Shown one piece after another: positions 24,350 through 37,531 of a DNA stretch of 64,000 bases. The DNA comes from Mustelus asterias (taxonomy: Eukaryota). Under the pieces are notes generated by a model. That model saw only the letters and a list, made by a program, of their open reading frames with translations, was not told where the DNA came from and searched no databases. Every line of letters starts with the position of its first letter. Positions within the stretch are counted from its first letter, which is position 1. The translations under genes and the position numbers were made by a program. Location: NCBI RefSeq assembly GCF_964213995.1, contig NC_135811.1, positions 77,376,001-77,440,000 of the forward strand, read 5' to 3'.

Positions 24350-25410
24350 CGAGATACGGTTCTCCACAATCATCCCAATTACTCATCTCCAAACTCCGTG
24401 GCCTGGGCCTCAGCTCCTCCCTCTGCGACTGCATCCTGAACTTCCTTACTCACAATCAGTAAGGAAAGGCAATATCGCCTCCTCCACGACCATCCTCAAC
24501 ACCGGTGCCCCACGAGGCTGTGTTCTCAGCCCCCTACTATACTCCTTATACATCTATGACTGTGTGGCCAAATTCGCCTCCAATTCGATTTCCAAGTTTG
24601 CTGATGACGCCATGGTAGTGGGTCGGACCGCAAACAATGATGAGATGGAGTACCGAAACGAGATAGACAATCTGGTGAACTGGTGTGACAACAATAATCT
24701 CTCACTCAATGTCAACGAAACAATCGGGATAGTCATCGACTTCAGGAAATGTAGTGGAAGACATGCCCCTGTTTACATCAATGGGGATGAACTAGAAATG
24801 GTTGAGAGCTTCACGTTTTTAGGTGTCCAGACCACCAACAACCTGCTGACACTACAGATAAGAAAGCCCACCAATGCCTCTACCTTCTAGAAAAGACTAA
24901 GGAAATTTGGTATGTCCACTACAACTCTCACCAACCTTTACAAATGCACCCGAGAAAGCATTCTTTCTGGTTGTATCACAGCTTGGTATGGCTCCTGCTC
25001 TATCCAAGATTGCAGGAAATTACAAAGTCTCCTGAACGAATGCCAGTCCATCACTCAAACCAGCCTCCCATCCATTGACACTGTCTACACATCCCGCAGC
25101 CCCGGAAAAGCAGCCAGCATAATTAAGGACCCCACACATGCCAGAAATACGCTCTTCTACCTTGTTCTGTCGGGAAAAGATACAAAAATCTGAGGACACG
25201 TACCAACAAACTCAAGAACATTTCCCTGCTACCATCAGATTTTTGAATGGACCTACCTCACATTAAGTTGATCATTCTCTACACCCTAGCTATGACTGTA
25301 ACACTCTCTCCTTTCCTTATGTATGAACGGTATGCTTTGTCTATATAGCGAGCAAGAAACAATATTTTTCACGGTATACCAATACACGTGACAATAAATC
25401 AAATCAAAAT
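24350..25410 (+). mobile_element. Decayed Rex1/Babar-like non-LTR retrotransposon fragment
   Basis: TGAPRGCVLSPLLY, KFADD, WCDNNNLSLNV and ESILSGCITAWYG motifs; aataaatcaaatcaaa tail. Confidence 0.8.
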
Positions 25411-27218
25411 CACCGGTACAGCAGGCATGGCAGTGCGAAATAGAGGGTTGCAATTGTTGCCACTTTCAGCCAGAAATGCCAAGTAATGAGGTGTTTTGCC
25501 TCCGCCGGCTTCAGCTGGACTTGCCGATCGCATCTCTCAAAACTCTATCCTGGTTTGGAACGCATTCCGGCCCTGTTCCTATACTTCTCTCAATATCTAA
25601 GCAGCTGCAAGTTTGGAAGTGACATTCGTTCTTCACTATTTGATGGCGAGGAAAAAAAGACAGGAAGTATAAGGAAAAGTTAACATTCACCCCAGTAGAC
25701 CCTGCCGGAGGGGTGGAGAGGGTAAAGGAGAATGAGGCAGGAGACCCAAGAGTTACTGTGTCACCGTGACCTGAAATGTCTCACAATGATTCAGACAGCG
25801 CATTGATCCGTTCGTCATTTAACTTGTTCTAAATGCTCTATTAGGCTAGAGCGAGAAGTTAATCTTCAAGCATCGCGTCTTTATATTAACATTGGTGTCT
25901 CTACAAAGAAGCAGGTCTCAATTGATTAAGTTCATGAGTAGGTGAGCCAATCATGTCATGAATGTTTCCAGAATCAATTCCGATAAGGTTATTGCCCTTG
26001 GCTGTGATTGTGGCAGAGGGGTTATAATGGGCCGTGAAGTAAAGCAGAGTAAATTAGTCCGTATTGTATACAGTTTCTGCTCATTATCCATTGATGCATT
26101 TTTGCAGTCTATCTGTGTGTGCTGTGAGGATAGTTCAGGACCAACAACCTCCTGCTGACGAACCAGTCAAGCGCATTCACAATGGCCTCTTTGTGAAATC
26201 ACAGTCTGCGCAGTGAGCTCCACCATGAATGAATGTCTGTTGGGGAGGAATGAGGGGGGCAGACTTTAAGGGGAGATGGGAACAAACTCAACAGACAGTC
26301 TCCTATTGGCAGGCCCATTGGTTTTCAGTGGAAGTCAAATTCCATCACTCCATCGAGTTGGTGAGTGAATACTTAATTACACAGTCAGGACATTACAACC
26401 ATGTCCTTTATGGAAGGAAATCTGCCATTCTTACTTGGTCTGGCCCACATGTGACTCCAGATCCACAGCAATGTGGTTGACTCTCAACTGCTCTCGGGCA
26501 ACTAAGGATGGGCAACAAACGGTGGCCAGCCAGCGATGCCCATGTCCCACGAATGAACAATACAAAATCACTGAGTTTAAATAAACATCCAGGATTTTTA
26601 GTGCAGCTTCCATAAAGGCATTGAATCAATTCACTTCGCACCTTCCCCGCCACATCAAACCCATCAGTTTTCTCTGTTAGAACCCAGCCTAATATTTTAA
26701 CCCCCAATCCAATTCCGGACAGTTTACACTGACTGTGAGCGTAGCAGTTGCCGGGATAAGGTGGTTCCGCATTTTAGAATCTTAAAACATATGCAATGAT
26801 TTTTTTAACGGATTGCTTATCTGAGTCTGGCCAACAAAGGGCAACAGAGGTAAAAGTTTGGGTAGCACCTGTCCGATTTTTAATATCAAAGAGTATCTTT
26901 GCATCCTAATTTATTGGAGAGAAATTTCATTCTTAATTAAGCAGAAAGTGAAAAAGGTTTCAAATGAAGAAGTCGTTTCTGGAAACAAGTTAAAAGATTC
27001 CCTGAAAGCACACGACGGTTAGAAGCAAAATCGATTCGTTTTTGTAACGTCAAAGGAATATCCTGGTTCACACCTTCAAATGGACACAATGGATGAATAT
27101 TCCTTTCAATCCAACAGCGAAGGAGTTCAGCTGGTGTTAATATTGTGTTCGGCACTGAACCCCGATCCAGTCACTTTCTGCGATTTCTGATCGCTGCTTT
27201 ACCCTGTGTTGTTTCAAC

Positions 27219-29045
27219 ATGTTTGTTCCGAGTGTTTGCGGGCTGTGGATTTTGTTAATCTGTTTGCCCGGGATCCTGAGCCAGGATTGCCAGAGGCTGC
27301 AGTTACAGCAAGTCCTTAACAAGAATGCTCAAAGGTCCCTGAGGGACATGGTGAGTTTATGCAGAGGTCCGCGGATTCGAGTAACCAATCTTAACTCGCA
27401 GGTTCTCGGGATAATCTCCTGTCGAGGAATTGCTGAGATTAAATCTGGTCTCTTCCAAAAACGTAGAACATCTCCTTGATGGAATGCACATTGAACTATT
27501 AAAATATAGAAGGAAGTGTGTGGAAATGTGAAACACTTTTTACTGAGAGTGATTTGTTTGGATGGTCAGTAAAATATGTGAGAGATAAAATGTTTCAATA
27601 AGTTGTTGAATGACCGTGCTGGTTTTGGGGGCAAGTTTCTGAGAGTAAGGACCGCTTGTGAAGTGTGAGCTTGGAGCCAGTTCTGACATCATTCTGTCCT
27701 GTTGCAGGGAGGTCCCTTCCCATTCCAGTGTACAACAACGAGAGAATCACTGAAAACCAAATCCCTGGACCTGCACCAGCTCATCAAGAGGTTACAGGTG
27801 AGTGTGCAATTTGTAACCTGTCTGATCATTCGGTTAATGCTGCCAGGTGTAATAGATATGTGGGGAATGTGTACACATCCCCAACAGTAGGAACAATGTA
27901 AATGATTTTTAAAGGCAAAGGCTTTAATTTGTTGATTCTCGTAAGACTGAAAATTTAATGTTGAGTCATTTGGAAACTGATAGACATTCTGCGGAATAGT
28001 TTGACCTTCTTCTCTCCATTTACCCCAAAATGCTGTCAGTACCAGATTTGCTCGCCAAAAGAGGAAAATACCAGTAACCAGTTTGATAATGATCAAAACT
28101 GTCATCAGAAAAGACGGTGTTGACTTTTGAAATTCGTGATTCTTCCACTTTTACTGCGTAAACGTGGAATCAGAGAGATGTACAGCACGATAACAGGGCT
28201 TTCGGCCCAAATCGTCCATTCCGACCAGGTTTCCTAAAGTGACCTGGCCCCATTTGCCTGTGTTTGGCCCATATCCCTCGGAACCTTTCCTATGCATGTA
28301 CCTGTCCAAATGACTTTCAAATGTTGTAATAAATCCTGCTTCTGCCACTTCCTCTCATTCCATATATGCACCATCCTCTGTGTGAAAAAGTTGCCCCTCA
28401 GGTAGCTTTTAAATCATTCCCCTCTCCCTTAAATCTATGCCCTCTAGTTTTGGACTCCTGTACACTTCTCTACTCAATCTGCCATTTCTTGGACCAATGA
28501 CCCAGTTGATCAAGATCACGTTGTCGTCTTAAATAACCTCCTATTTAAATAATCAGCTAAAGGAGAAATGTCCTCAATAATGTCGTTGTGTATATTTTGT
28601 CCAGACTCAGGACAGGATCCGGATTGTCCACCAAACCCTGCGCCGCATCAACAAGATCTATAGCATGAATCTGGGCTCAGTCACATGGGCCCGGGACAAG
28701 GTGGAACATTTCCGGCTGCTCCTGGATCGGCAGCTCAGTGAGCTGGAAGAATGTGTCAGGAACCCGGGATCCAGGCTGAGGAGAAACTCCACCATTCACA
28801 ATTACTTTAGGAAACTGGAAAAGTTTCTCAAACAGCAGGTGGGACAATGGATAATTGACTGTGTGATTACCGGCATGTCGTTTCTTTCACTCCATTGAAA
28901 TCTGTTCATTCTCTAATCCATGTCCCTCAATGTTTCCATTTCTCAGGGATTCAGTGAGTGTGCCTGGGAAATAATCCGCGCTGAGACCAGAGGCCGATTA
29001 CAACAGCTCCTTCTCATAACGGCACAAATCAGCGGAAGCAATTAA
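27219..29045 (+). CDS. Type I interferon, array copy 3 (subtype B), 184 aa
   Basis: Exons 27219-27350, 27708-27797, 28605-28838, 28947-29045; intact. Confidence 0.95.
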
Positions 29046-29748
29046 AGAATTTCTATCGATATATTTATATGAAGACAGGGAACAGTAATTATATATTTAA
29101 AGATCGTATAATTTTTATCGAAGGATTATATTGTTCAGTCAGCTGCACAAGCCGGTTTGCCAGTGTGAAAATGGCCATTGTACAACATAATATCATAATG
29201 AAATAATAATATAACTTTTTAATATTTAATTTATGAGTCTAATATTCATACCTGGATGCACTGTGTGAACCTATTTCAAAACTAAAAATATTTGATGAAT
29301 GCGAGAGGCTGCAAGATATATATTTATTTACAGCAGTTTTATATTGTAATCGACTGTATTTATTGGCATCAGATGTGTCCCAAATTACAGTTTCACAATA
29401 AATATTTTGAACTTTGAGTTTCATGATGTTGTCTTCGTTTCCACATTGATGTCGATGTCAGCTGGGTGTTTCTGTTCATCTTATGTGAGAGATTTCAATC
29501 ACTGGGTTATGGAGTTTGGGCGGCCCAGTGCTTCCGAATTCATGTCCCACGCCAAGACTCTATCTGTTCTGGATGATGTTTATGAGCGGATTCAAATGAT
29601 TTACTTCCGCACTATTGTCCTAAAGTGTGTGCAGATGCGAAATAAGACATCGAAATATGTGTCTCTTGTTAATAGCTGCAGAATAGAAACTGGTACATTT
29701 CGAGAAGTTGCATTTACCTCTTTGAGCCCGGGATTAGCTATGCTGCCC

Positions 29749-30120
29749 TCTGTCAGAACCGACCTGGCGAAACGCGCCATTTACCGGTCCAGGCAGCGGG
29801 CGATCGAGGGGGCCGTCCATCCTGACTGTCTTCCCCTCTACCGCGGCTACGTTCGCGGCCAGGTGTCCCTGGAGAGGGAGCATGCGGTGTCCACGGGCGA
29901 GGTTGACGCTTTCCGCGCCCGCTGGGCACCGCAGGGGTTGGGGTGCATTATTGACCCTAATAATCACATTTTAATTTGATGTTTTTAAGTTTCCTTTGTA
30001 TTTTGATTTCTGTTCGGGCTGTTCCCCCTCCTTTTTGGGGAGCTGCCCCTTTTACTTTGTCCTGATTTAATTTGAGTTTGTTTAATTGGTTTGACCTAAA
30101 AAGAGGTCTGTCAGAACCGA
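29749..30120 (+). mobile_element. Tx1-like 3' fragment (29763-30106) with 14-bp target-site duplication
   Basis: tctgtcagaaccga at 29749-29762 and 30107-30120; other units carry a single empty site. Confidence 0.8.
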
Positions 30121-31249
30121 AATGTATTCAATTGCTGTTCAAATGCACACCCACTGTCAATGAGCACCTGGTGATCTACTCAGGTTATAGACCATTAGTG
30201 TAAACAGCATCGGAGAAACATACTCCATTCTCAATATTTAACCGTTCCTTAACCTGAACGCTTTGATGTTAAATATATTATCAGTTTTCCTCTTTGACTG
30301 TGCTGTGTTTGCAATTTTTGATTTCTTGAAATCATGTATAAATGCAAACAAATATCTATCGAAAAGATTCCCACTGTTTGCAACTCAGATTTACATCAGG
30401 TCATTGTATTTTTTTTCAACAATCAAACATTTTGGCTAAATATTACATGGTACAAAATGATTCAATTATTCGCAACACCGAAGTGAACGAAATGGAAATG
30501 AACCGGCATTGTTATAGAGAAAAAGTAATAAAGTCCGCTCAAAGAATCCCCTCAATATATCGAGAAATACAACTATAATCAGAATGTATAATAGCTATTG
30601 ACTGTGAAGCTTAGCTTTCCATTCAGGGTGGCACCACAACACAATCAGCAGATGTTCAGGGGGAAATAAATGGTTTGTTGGCGATCAGTCGTCCAGATGT
30701 GACCTTATTGTTTTTGGGGCAATGTGTCTCCTGATAACGTAACGCTTCCATTTGGTAGGAAGGGGTTTCCACTGGGAATTCATCTCAATGCCCTGTTTAC
30801 ACATTGATGATCATCTCTTAGCAAGAAATTGCATAGTGCAAATATTTTGCGACATTCAATGAAACGCTGACCATTAATGAGCACAAAGTGTACCTTTCCA
30901 CTTATTGGTTAACAAGAATGAAAGTGCACACCGTCATCTGCATTATTTCTCGAATTTCCCTCCAGTGCGAAGTTGCTTTGCGGCACTGTGTCTTTTTGGA
31001 GCACTTACAACTATGCATATCATTAAAGTATTATCATTTTGTAAAAAATTGTATACTATTTCATATACATATAGTGAAGAGAAAAATCAGCGTTGCCCAC
31101 ATTATTGTCATTTCTCACCTTTTTTTGGCCATCGGGGATTTTCCAGTGCATGTTGCATTTCACCCCATCATCGACACAACAATGTAGGATATGTTTTTGA
31201 AAGGCATTTGCCATATGAAGTTGAGAATGGTGGTCGATAGTTAAACAAC

Positions 31250-32305
31250 CAACGAGATACGGTGCTCCACCATCATCCCAATTACTCATCTCCAAACTCC
31301 GTGGCCTGGGCCTCAGCTCCTCCCTCTGCGACTGCATCCTGAACTTCCTTACTCACAATCAGTAAGGAAAGGCAACATCGCCTCCTCCACGACCATCCTC
31401 AACACCGGTGCCCCACGAGGCTGTGTTCTCAGCCCCCTACTATACCTGTTATACATCGATGACCGTGTGGCCAAATTCGCCTCCAACTCGATTTTCAAGT
31501 TTGCTGTTGACGCCATGATAATAGGTCGGACCTCAAACAATGATGAGATGGAGTACCGAAAGGAGATAGAGAATCTGGCGAACTGGTGTGACAACAATAA
31601 TCTCTCACTCAATGTCGACTAAACAATCGGGATAGTCATCGACTTCAGGAAATGTAGTGGAAGACATGCCCCTGTTTACATCAATGGGGATGAACTAGAA
31701 ATGGTTGAGAGCTTCACGTTTTTAGGTGTCCAGCCCACCTGCTGACACTATAGTTCAGAAAGCCCACAAATGCCTCTACCTTCTGAAAAGACGAAGGAAA
31801 TTTGGTATGTCCACTACAACTCTCACCAACCTTTACAGATGCACCCGAGAAAGCATTCTTTCTGGTTGTGTCACAGCTTGGTATGGCTCCTGCTCCATCC
31901 AAGTTTGCAGGAAATTACAAAGTCTCCTGAACGAATGCCAGTCCATCACTCAAACCAGCCCCCCACCCATTGACACTGTCTACACTTCCCGCAGCCTCGG
32001 AAAAGCAGCCAGCATAATTAAGGACCCCATACATGCCAGAAATACGCTCTACGACCTTGTTCTGTCGGGAAAAGATACAAAAATCTGAGGACACGTACCA
32101 ACGAACTCAAGAACATTTCCCTGCTACCATCAGACTTTTGAATGGACCTACCTCATATTAAGTTGATCATTCTCTACACCCTAGCTATGACTGTAACACT
32201 CTCTCCTTTCCTTATATATGAACGGTATGCTTTGTCTATATAGCGAGCAAGAAACAATATTTTTCACGGTATACCAATACACGTGACAATAAATCAAATC
32301 AAAAT
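31250..32305 (+). mobile_element. Rex1/Babar-like fragment (duplicated with unit)
   Basis: Paralog of 24350-25410. Confidence 0.8.
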
Positions 32306-32715
32306 CACCGGTGCAGCAGGCATGGCAGTGCAAAATAGAGAGTTGAAATTGTTGCCACTTTCAGCCAGAAATGCCAAGTAATGAGGTGTTTTGCCTCCGC
32401 CGGCTTCAGCTGGACTTGCCGATCGCATCTCTCAAAACTCTATCCTGGTTTGGAACGCATTCCGGCCCTGTTCCTATACTTCTTTCAATATCTAAGCAGC
32501 TGCAAGTTTGGAAATGACATTCGTTCCTCACTATTTGATGACGAGGAAAAAAAGACAGGAAGTATAAGGAAAAGTTAACATTCACCCCAATAGACCCTGC
32601 CGGAGGGGTGGAGAGGGTAAAGGAGAATCAGGCAGGAGACCCTAGAGTTACTGTGTCACCGTGACCTGAAATCTCTCACAATGATTCAGATAGACCATTG
32701 ATTCTTTAGTCATTT

Positions 32716-34377
32716 AGAACATAGAACAGTACAGCACAGAACAGGCCCTTCGGCCCACGATGTTGTGCCGAGCTTTATCTGAAACCAAGATCAAGCTATC
32801 CCACTCCCTATTATCCTGGTGTGCTCCATGTGCCTATCCAATCAGCGCTTTAATGTTCCTAAAGTGTCTGACTCCACTATCACTGCAGGCAGTCCATTCC
32901 ACACCCCAAACACACTCTGCGTAAAAAACCTACCTCTGATATCCTTCCTATATCTCCCACCATGAACCCTATAGTTATGCCCCCTTGTAATAGCTCCATC
33001 CACCCGAGGAAATAGTCTTTGAACGTTCACTCTATCTATCCCCTTCATCATTTTATAAACCTCTATTAAGACTCCCCTCAGCCTCCTCCGCTCCAGATAG
33101 AACAGCCCTAGCTCCCTCAACCTTTCCTCATAAGACCTACCCTCCAAACCAGGCAGCATCCTGGTAAATCTCCTCTGCACTCTTTCCAGCGCTTCCACAT
33201 CCTTCTTATAGTGAGGTGACCAGACCTGCACACAATATTCCAAATGTGGTCTCACCAAGGTCCTGTACAGTTGCAGCATAACCCCACGACTCTTAAACTC
33301 CAACCCCCTGTTAAGAAAAGCTAACACACTATAGGCCTTCTTCACAGCTCTATCCACTTGAGTGGCAACCTTTAGAGATCTGTGGATATGGACCCCAAGA
33401 TCTCTCTGTTCCTCCACAGTCTTCAGAACCCTACCTTTGACCCTGTAATCCACATTTAAATTAGTCCTACCAAAATGAATCACCTCACATTTATCAGGGT
33501 TAAACTCCATTTGCCATTTTTCAGCCCAGCTTTGCATCCTATCTATGTCTCTTTGCAGCCTACAACAGCCCTCCACCTCATCCACGACTCCACCAATCTT
33601 GGTGTCATCAGCAAATTTACTGATCCACCCTTCAGCCCCCTGCTCTAAGCCATTCATAAAAATCACAAAGAGCAGAGGACCAAGCACTGATCCCTGCGGC
33701 ACTCCGCTAGCAACCTGCCTCCAATCCGAAAATTTTCCATCCACCACCACCCTCTGTCTTCGATCAGACAGCCAGTTACCTATCCAATCGGCCAACTTTC
33801 CCTCTATCCCACACCTCCTCACTTTCATCATCAGCCGACCATGGGGGACCTTCTCAAATGCCTTACGAAAATCCATGTATATGACATCAACTGCCCTACC
33901 TCCATCAACACACTTAGTTACCTCCTCAAAAAATTCAATCAAATTTGTGAGGCACGACTTGCCCTTCACGAATCCATGCTGACTATCCCGGATTAATCCG
34001 CATCTTTCTAAATGGTCTTAAATCCCATCTCTAAGGAACTTTTCCATCAATTTACCAACCACCGAAGTAAGACTAACCGGTCTATAATTACCAGGGTCAT
34101 TTCTATTCCCTTTCTTAAACAGGGGAACAACATTCGCCATTCTCCAGTCCTCTGGCACCATCCCCGTGGACAGCGAGGACCCAAAGATCAAAGCCAAAGG
34201 CTCTGCAATCTCATCCCTTGCCTCCCAAAGAATCCTAGGATATATTTCATCAGGCCCAGGGGACTTATCGACCTTCAGTTTATTCAAAACTGCCGGGCAT
34301 CCTCCCTCCGAACATCTATTTCCTCCAGCCTATTAGCTTGTAACACCTTCTCTTCCTCAAAAACATGGCCCCTCTCC
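32716..34377 (-). mobile_element. 5'-truncated CR1 LINE upstream of IFN copy 4
   Basis: RT ORFs 32842..33969 (375 aa) and 34018..34287; same junctions as 17633-19284. Confidence 0.95.
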
Positions 34378-35780
34378 TTTAACTTGTTCTAAATGCTCTA
34401 TTAGGCTAGAGCTAGAAGTTAATCTTCAAGCATCGCGTCTTTATATTAACATTGGTGTCTCTACAAAGAAGCAGGTCTCAATTGATTAAATTCATGAGTA
34501 GGTGAGCCAATCATGTCGTGAATGTTTCCAGAATCAATTCCGATAAGGTTATTGCCCTTGGCTGTGATTGTGGCAGAGGGGTTATAATGGGCCGTGAGGT
34601 AAAGCAGGGTAAATTAGTCCGTATTGTATACAGTTTCTGCTCATTATCCATTGATGCATTTTTGCAGTCTATCTGTGTGTGCTGTGAGGATAGTTCAGGA
34701 CTAACAACCTCCTGCTGACTAACCAGTCAAGCGCTTTCACAATGGCCTCTTTGTGAAATAACAGTCTGCACAGTTAGCTTCACCATGAATGAATGTCTGT
34801 TGGGGAGGAATGAGGGGAGACAGACTTTAAGGGGAGATGGGAACAAACTCAACAGCCAGTCTCCTATTGGCAGGCCCATTGGATTTCAGTGGAAGTCAAA
34901 TTCCATCATTCCATCGAGTTGTTCAGTGAATACTTAATTACACAGTCAGGACATTACAACCATGTCCTTTATGGAAGGAAATCTGCCATTCTTACTTGGT
35001 CTGGCCCACATGTGACTCCAGATCCACAGCAATGTGGTTGACTCTCAACTGCTCTAGGGCAACTAAGGATGGGCAACAAACGCTAGCCAGCTCGCGATGC
35101 CCATGTCCCACGAATGAATAAAACAAAATCCTTGAGTTTAAATGAGCATCCATGATTTTTAGTGCAGTTTCCATAATGGCATTGAATCAATTCACTTCTC
35201 ACCTTCCCCGCCACATCAAACCCATCATTCTTCCCTGTTAGAGCCCAGCCTAATATTTTAAATCTCAATCCAATTCTGAACAGATTACACTGACTGTGAG
35301 TCATGCAGTTCCCGAGATAAGGTGGTTCCGCATTTTAGAATCTTAAAACATATGAAATGATTTTTTTAACGGATGTTTTTCTCAAGTCTGGCCAACAAAG
35401 GGCCAACAGAGGCAAATGTTTGGGTAGCATCTGTCCGATTTTTAATATCAAAGGATATATTTGCATCCAAATTTATGAGAGATAATGCATTCCCTTAATT
35501 AAGCAGAAAGTGAAAACGGTTTCAAATGAAGAAGTCGTTTCTGGAAACAGGTTAAAAGATTCCCTGAAAACACACCGCGGTTAGAAGCAAAATCGACTCG
35601 ATTTTGTAACGTCAAAGGAATATCCTGGTTCACACCTTCAAAAGGACACAATGGATGAATATTCCTTGTAATCCAACAGCGAAGGAGTTCAGCTGGTGTT
35701 GATATTGTGTTCGGCACTGAACCCCGATCCAGTCACTTTCTGTGATTTCTGATCGCTGCTTTACCCTGTGTTGGTTCAAC

Positions 35781-37531
35781 ATGTTTGTTCCGAGTGTTTG
35801 CGGGCTGTGGATTTTGTTAATCTGTTTGCCCGGGATCCTGAGCCAGGATTGCCAGAGGCTGCAGTTACAGCAAGTCCTTAACAAGAATGCTCAAAGGTCC
35901 CTGAGGGACATGGTGAGTTTATGCAGAGGTCCGCGGATTCCTCCAAAAGTGCAGAGCATCTCCTTGATGTAATGCACATTGAAGTATTAAAATATAGAAG
36001 GAAGTGTGTGGAAATGTGAAACACTTTTTACGAAGAGTGATTTATTTCGATGGTCAGTAAAATATGTGAGAGATAAAATGCTTCAGCGAGTTGTTGAATG
36101 ACCGTGCTGGATTTGGGGGCAAGTTTCTGAGAGTAAGGACCGCTTGTGAAGTGTGAGCTTGGAGCCGGTTCTGACAGTCACTCTGTCCTGTTGCAGGGAG
36201 GTCCCTTCCCATTCCAGTGTATGGCAACGAGAGAATCACTGAAGACCAAATCCCTGGACCTGCACCAGCTCATCAAGAGGTTACAGGTGAGTGTGCACTT
36301 TGCAACCTGTCTGATCATTCTGTTAATGCTACCAGGTATAATAGATATATCGGATAATGTATCCACATCCCCCCAACAGTAGGAACAATGTAAATGATTT
36401 TTAAAGGCAAAGACTTTATTTTGTTGATTGTCGTAAGACTGAAAATTTAATGTTGAGCATTTTGGGGACTGATAGACATTCTGCGGAATAGTTTGACCTT
36501 CTTCTCTCCATTTACCCCAAAATGCTGTCAGTACCAGATTTGCTCGCCAAAAGAGGAAAATACCAGTAACCAGTTTGATATTGATCAAAATTGTCACCAG
36601 AAAAGACGGTGTTGACTTTTGAAATTCGTAATTCTTACACTTTTACTGCGTAAACGTGGAATCAGAGAGATATACAGCACGGAAACAGGCCTTTCGGCCC
36701 GAATCATCTATTGCGACCAGGTTTCTTGAACTGAACTGGCCCCATTTGCCTGTGTTTGGCCCATATCCCTCGGAACCTTTCCTATGCATGTACCTGTCCA
36801 AATGACTTTCAAATGTTGTAATAAATCCTGCTTCTGCCACTTCCTCTCATTCCATATACGCACCATCCTCTGTGTGAAAAAGTTGCCCCTCAGGTAGCTT
36901 TTAAATCATTCCCCTCTCCCTTAAATCTATGCCCTCTAGTTTTGGACTCCTGTACACTTCTCTACTCATAATCTGCTATTTCTTGGACCAATGACCCAGT
37001 TGATCAAGATCACGTTGTCGTCTTAAATAACCTCCTATTTAAATAATCAGCTAAAGGAGAAATGTCCTCAATATGTCGTTGTGTATATTTTGTCCAGACT
37101 CAGGACAGGATCCGAATTGTCCACCAAACCCTGCGCCACATCAACATGATCTACAGCATGAACCCGGGCTCAGTCACATGGGCGCGGGACAAGGTGGAAC
37201 ATTTCCGGCTGCTCCTGGATCGGCAGCTCAGTGAGCTGGAAGAATGTGTCAGGAACCCGGGATCCAGGCTGAGGAGAAACTCCACCATTCACAATTACTT
37301 TAGGAAACTGGAAAAGTTTCTCAAACAGCAGGTGGGACAATTGACTGTGTGATTACCGGCATGTTGTTTCTTTCACCCCATTGAAATCTGTTCATTCTCT
37401 AATCCATGTCCCTCAATGTTTCCATTTCTCAGGGATTCAGTGAGTGTGCCTGGGAAATAATCCGCGCTGAGACCAGAGGCCGATTACAACAGCTCCTTCT
37501 CATAACGGCACAAATCAGCAGAAGCAATTAA
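35781..37531 (+). CDS. Type I interferon, array copy 4 (A-like mosaic), 184 aa
   Basis: Exons 35781-35912, 36197-36286, 37098-37331, 37433-37531; intact, private K91M and L97P. Confidence 0.94.

Noticed and set aside
29407-29979. 190-aa ORF (and 132-136 aa relatives) downstream of each IFN as a novel gene
   Set aside because: Starts at TTG and is a chance fusion of spacer sequence with the Tx1-like C-terminus. Length and frame vary between units.
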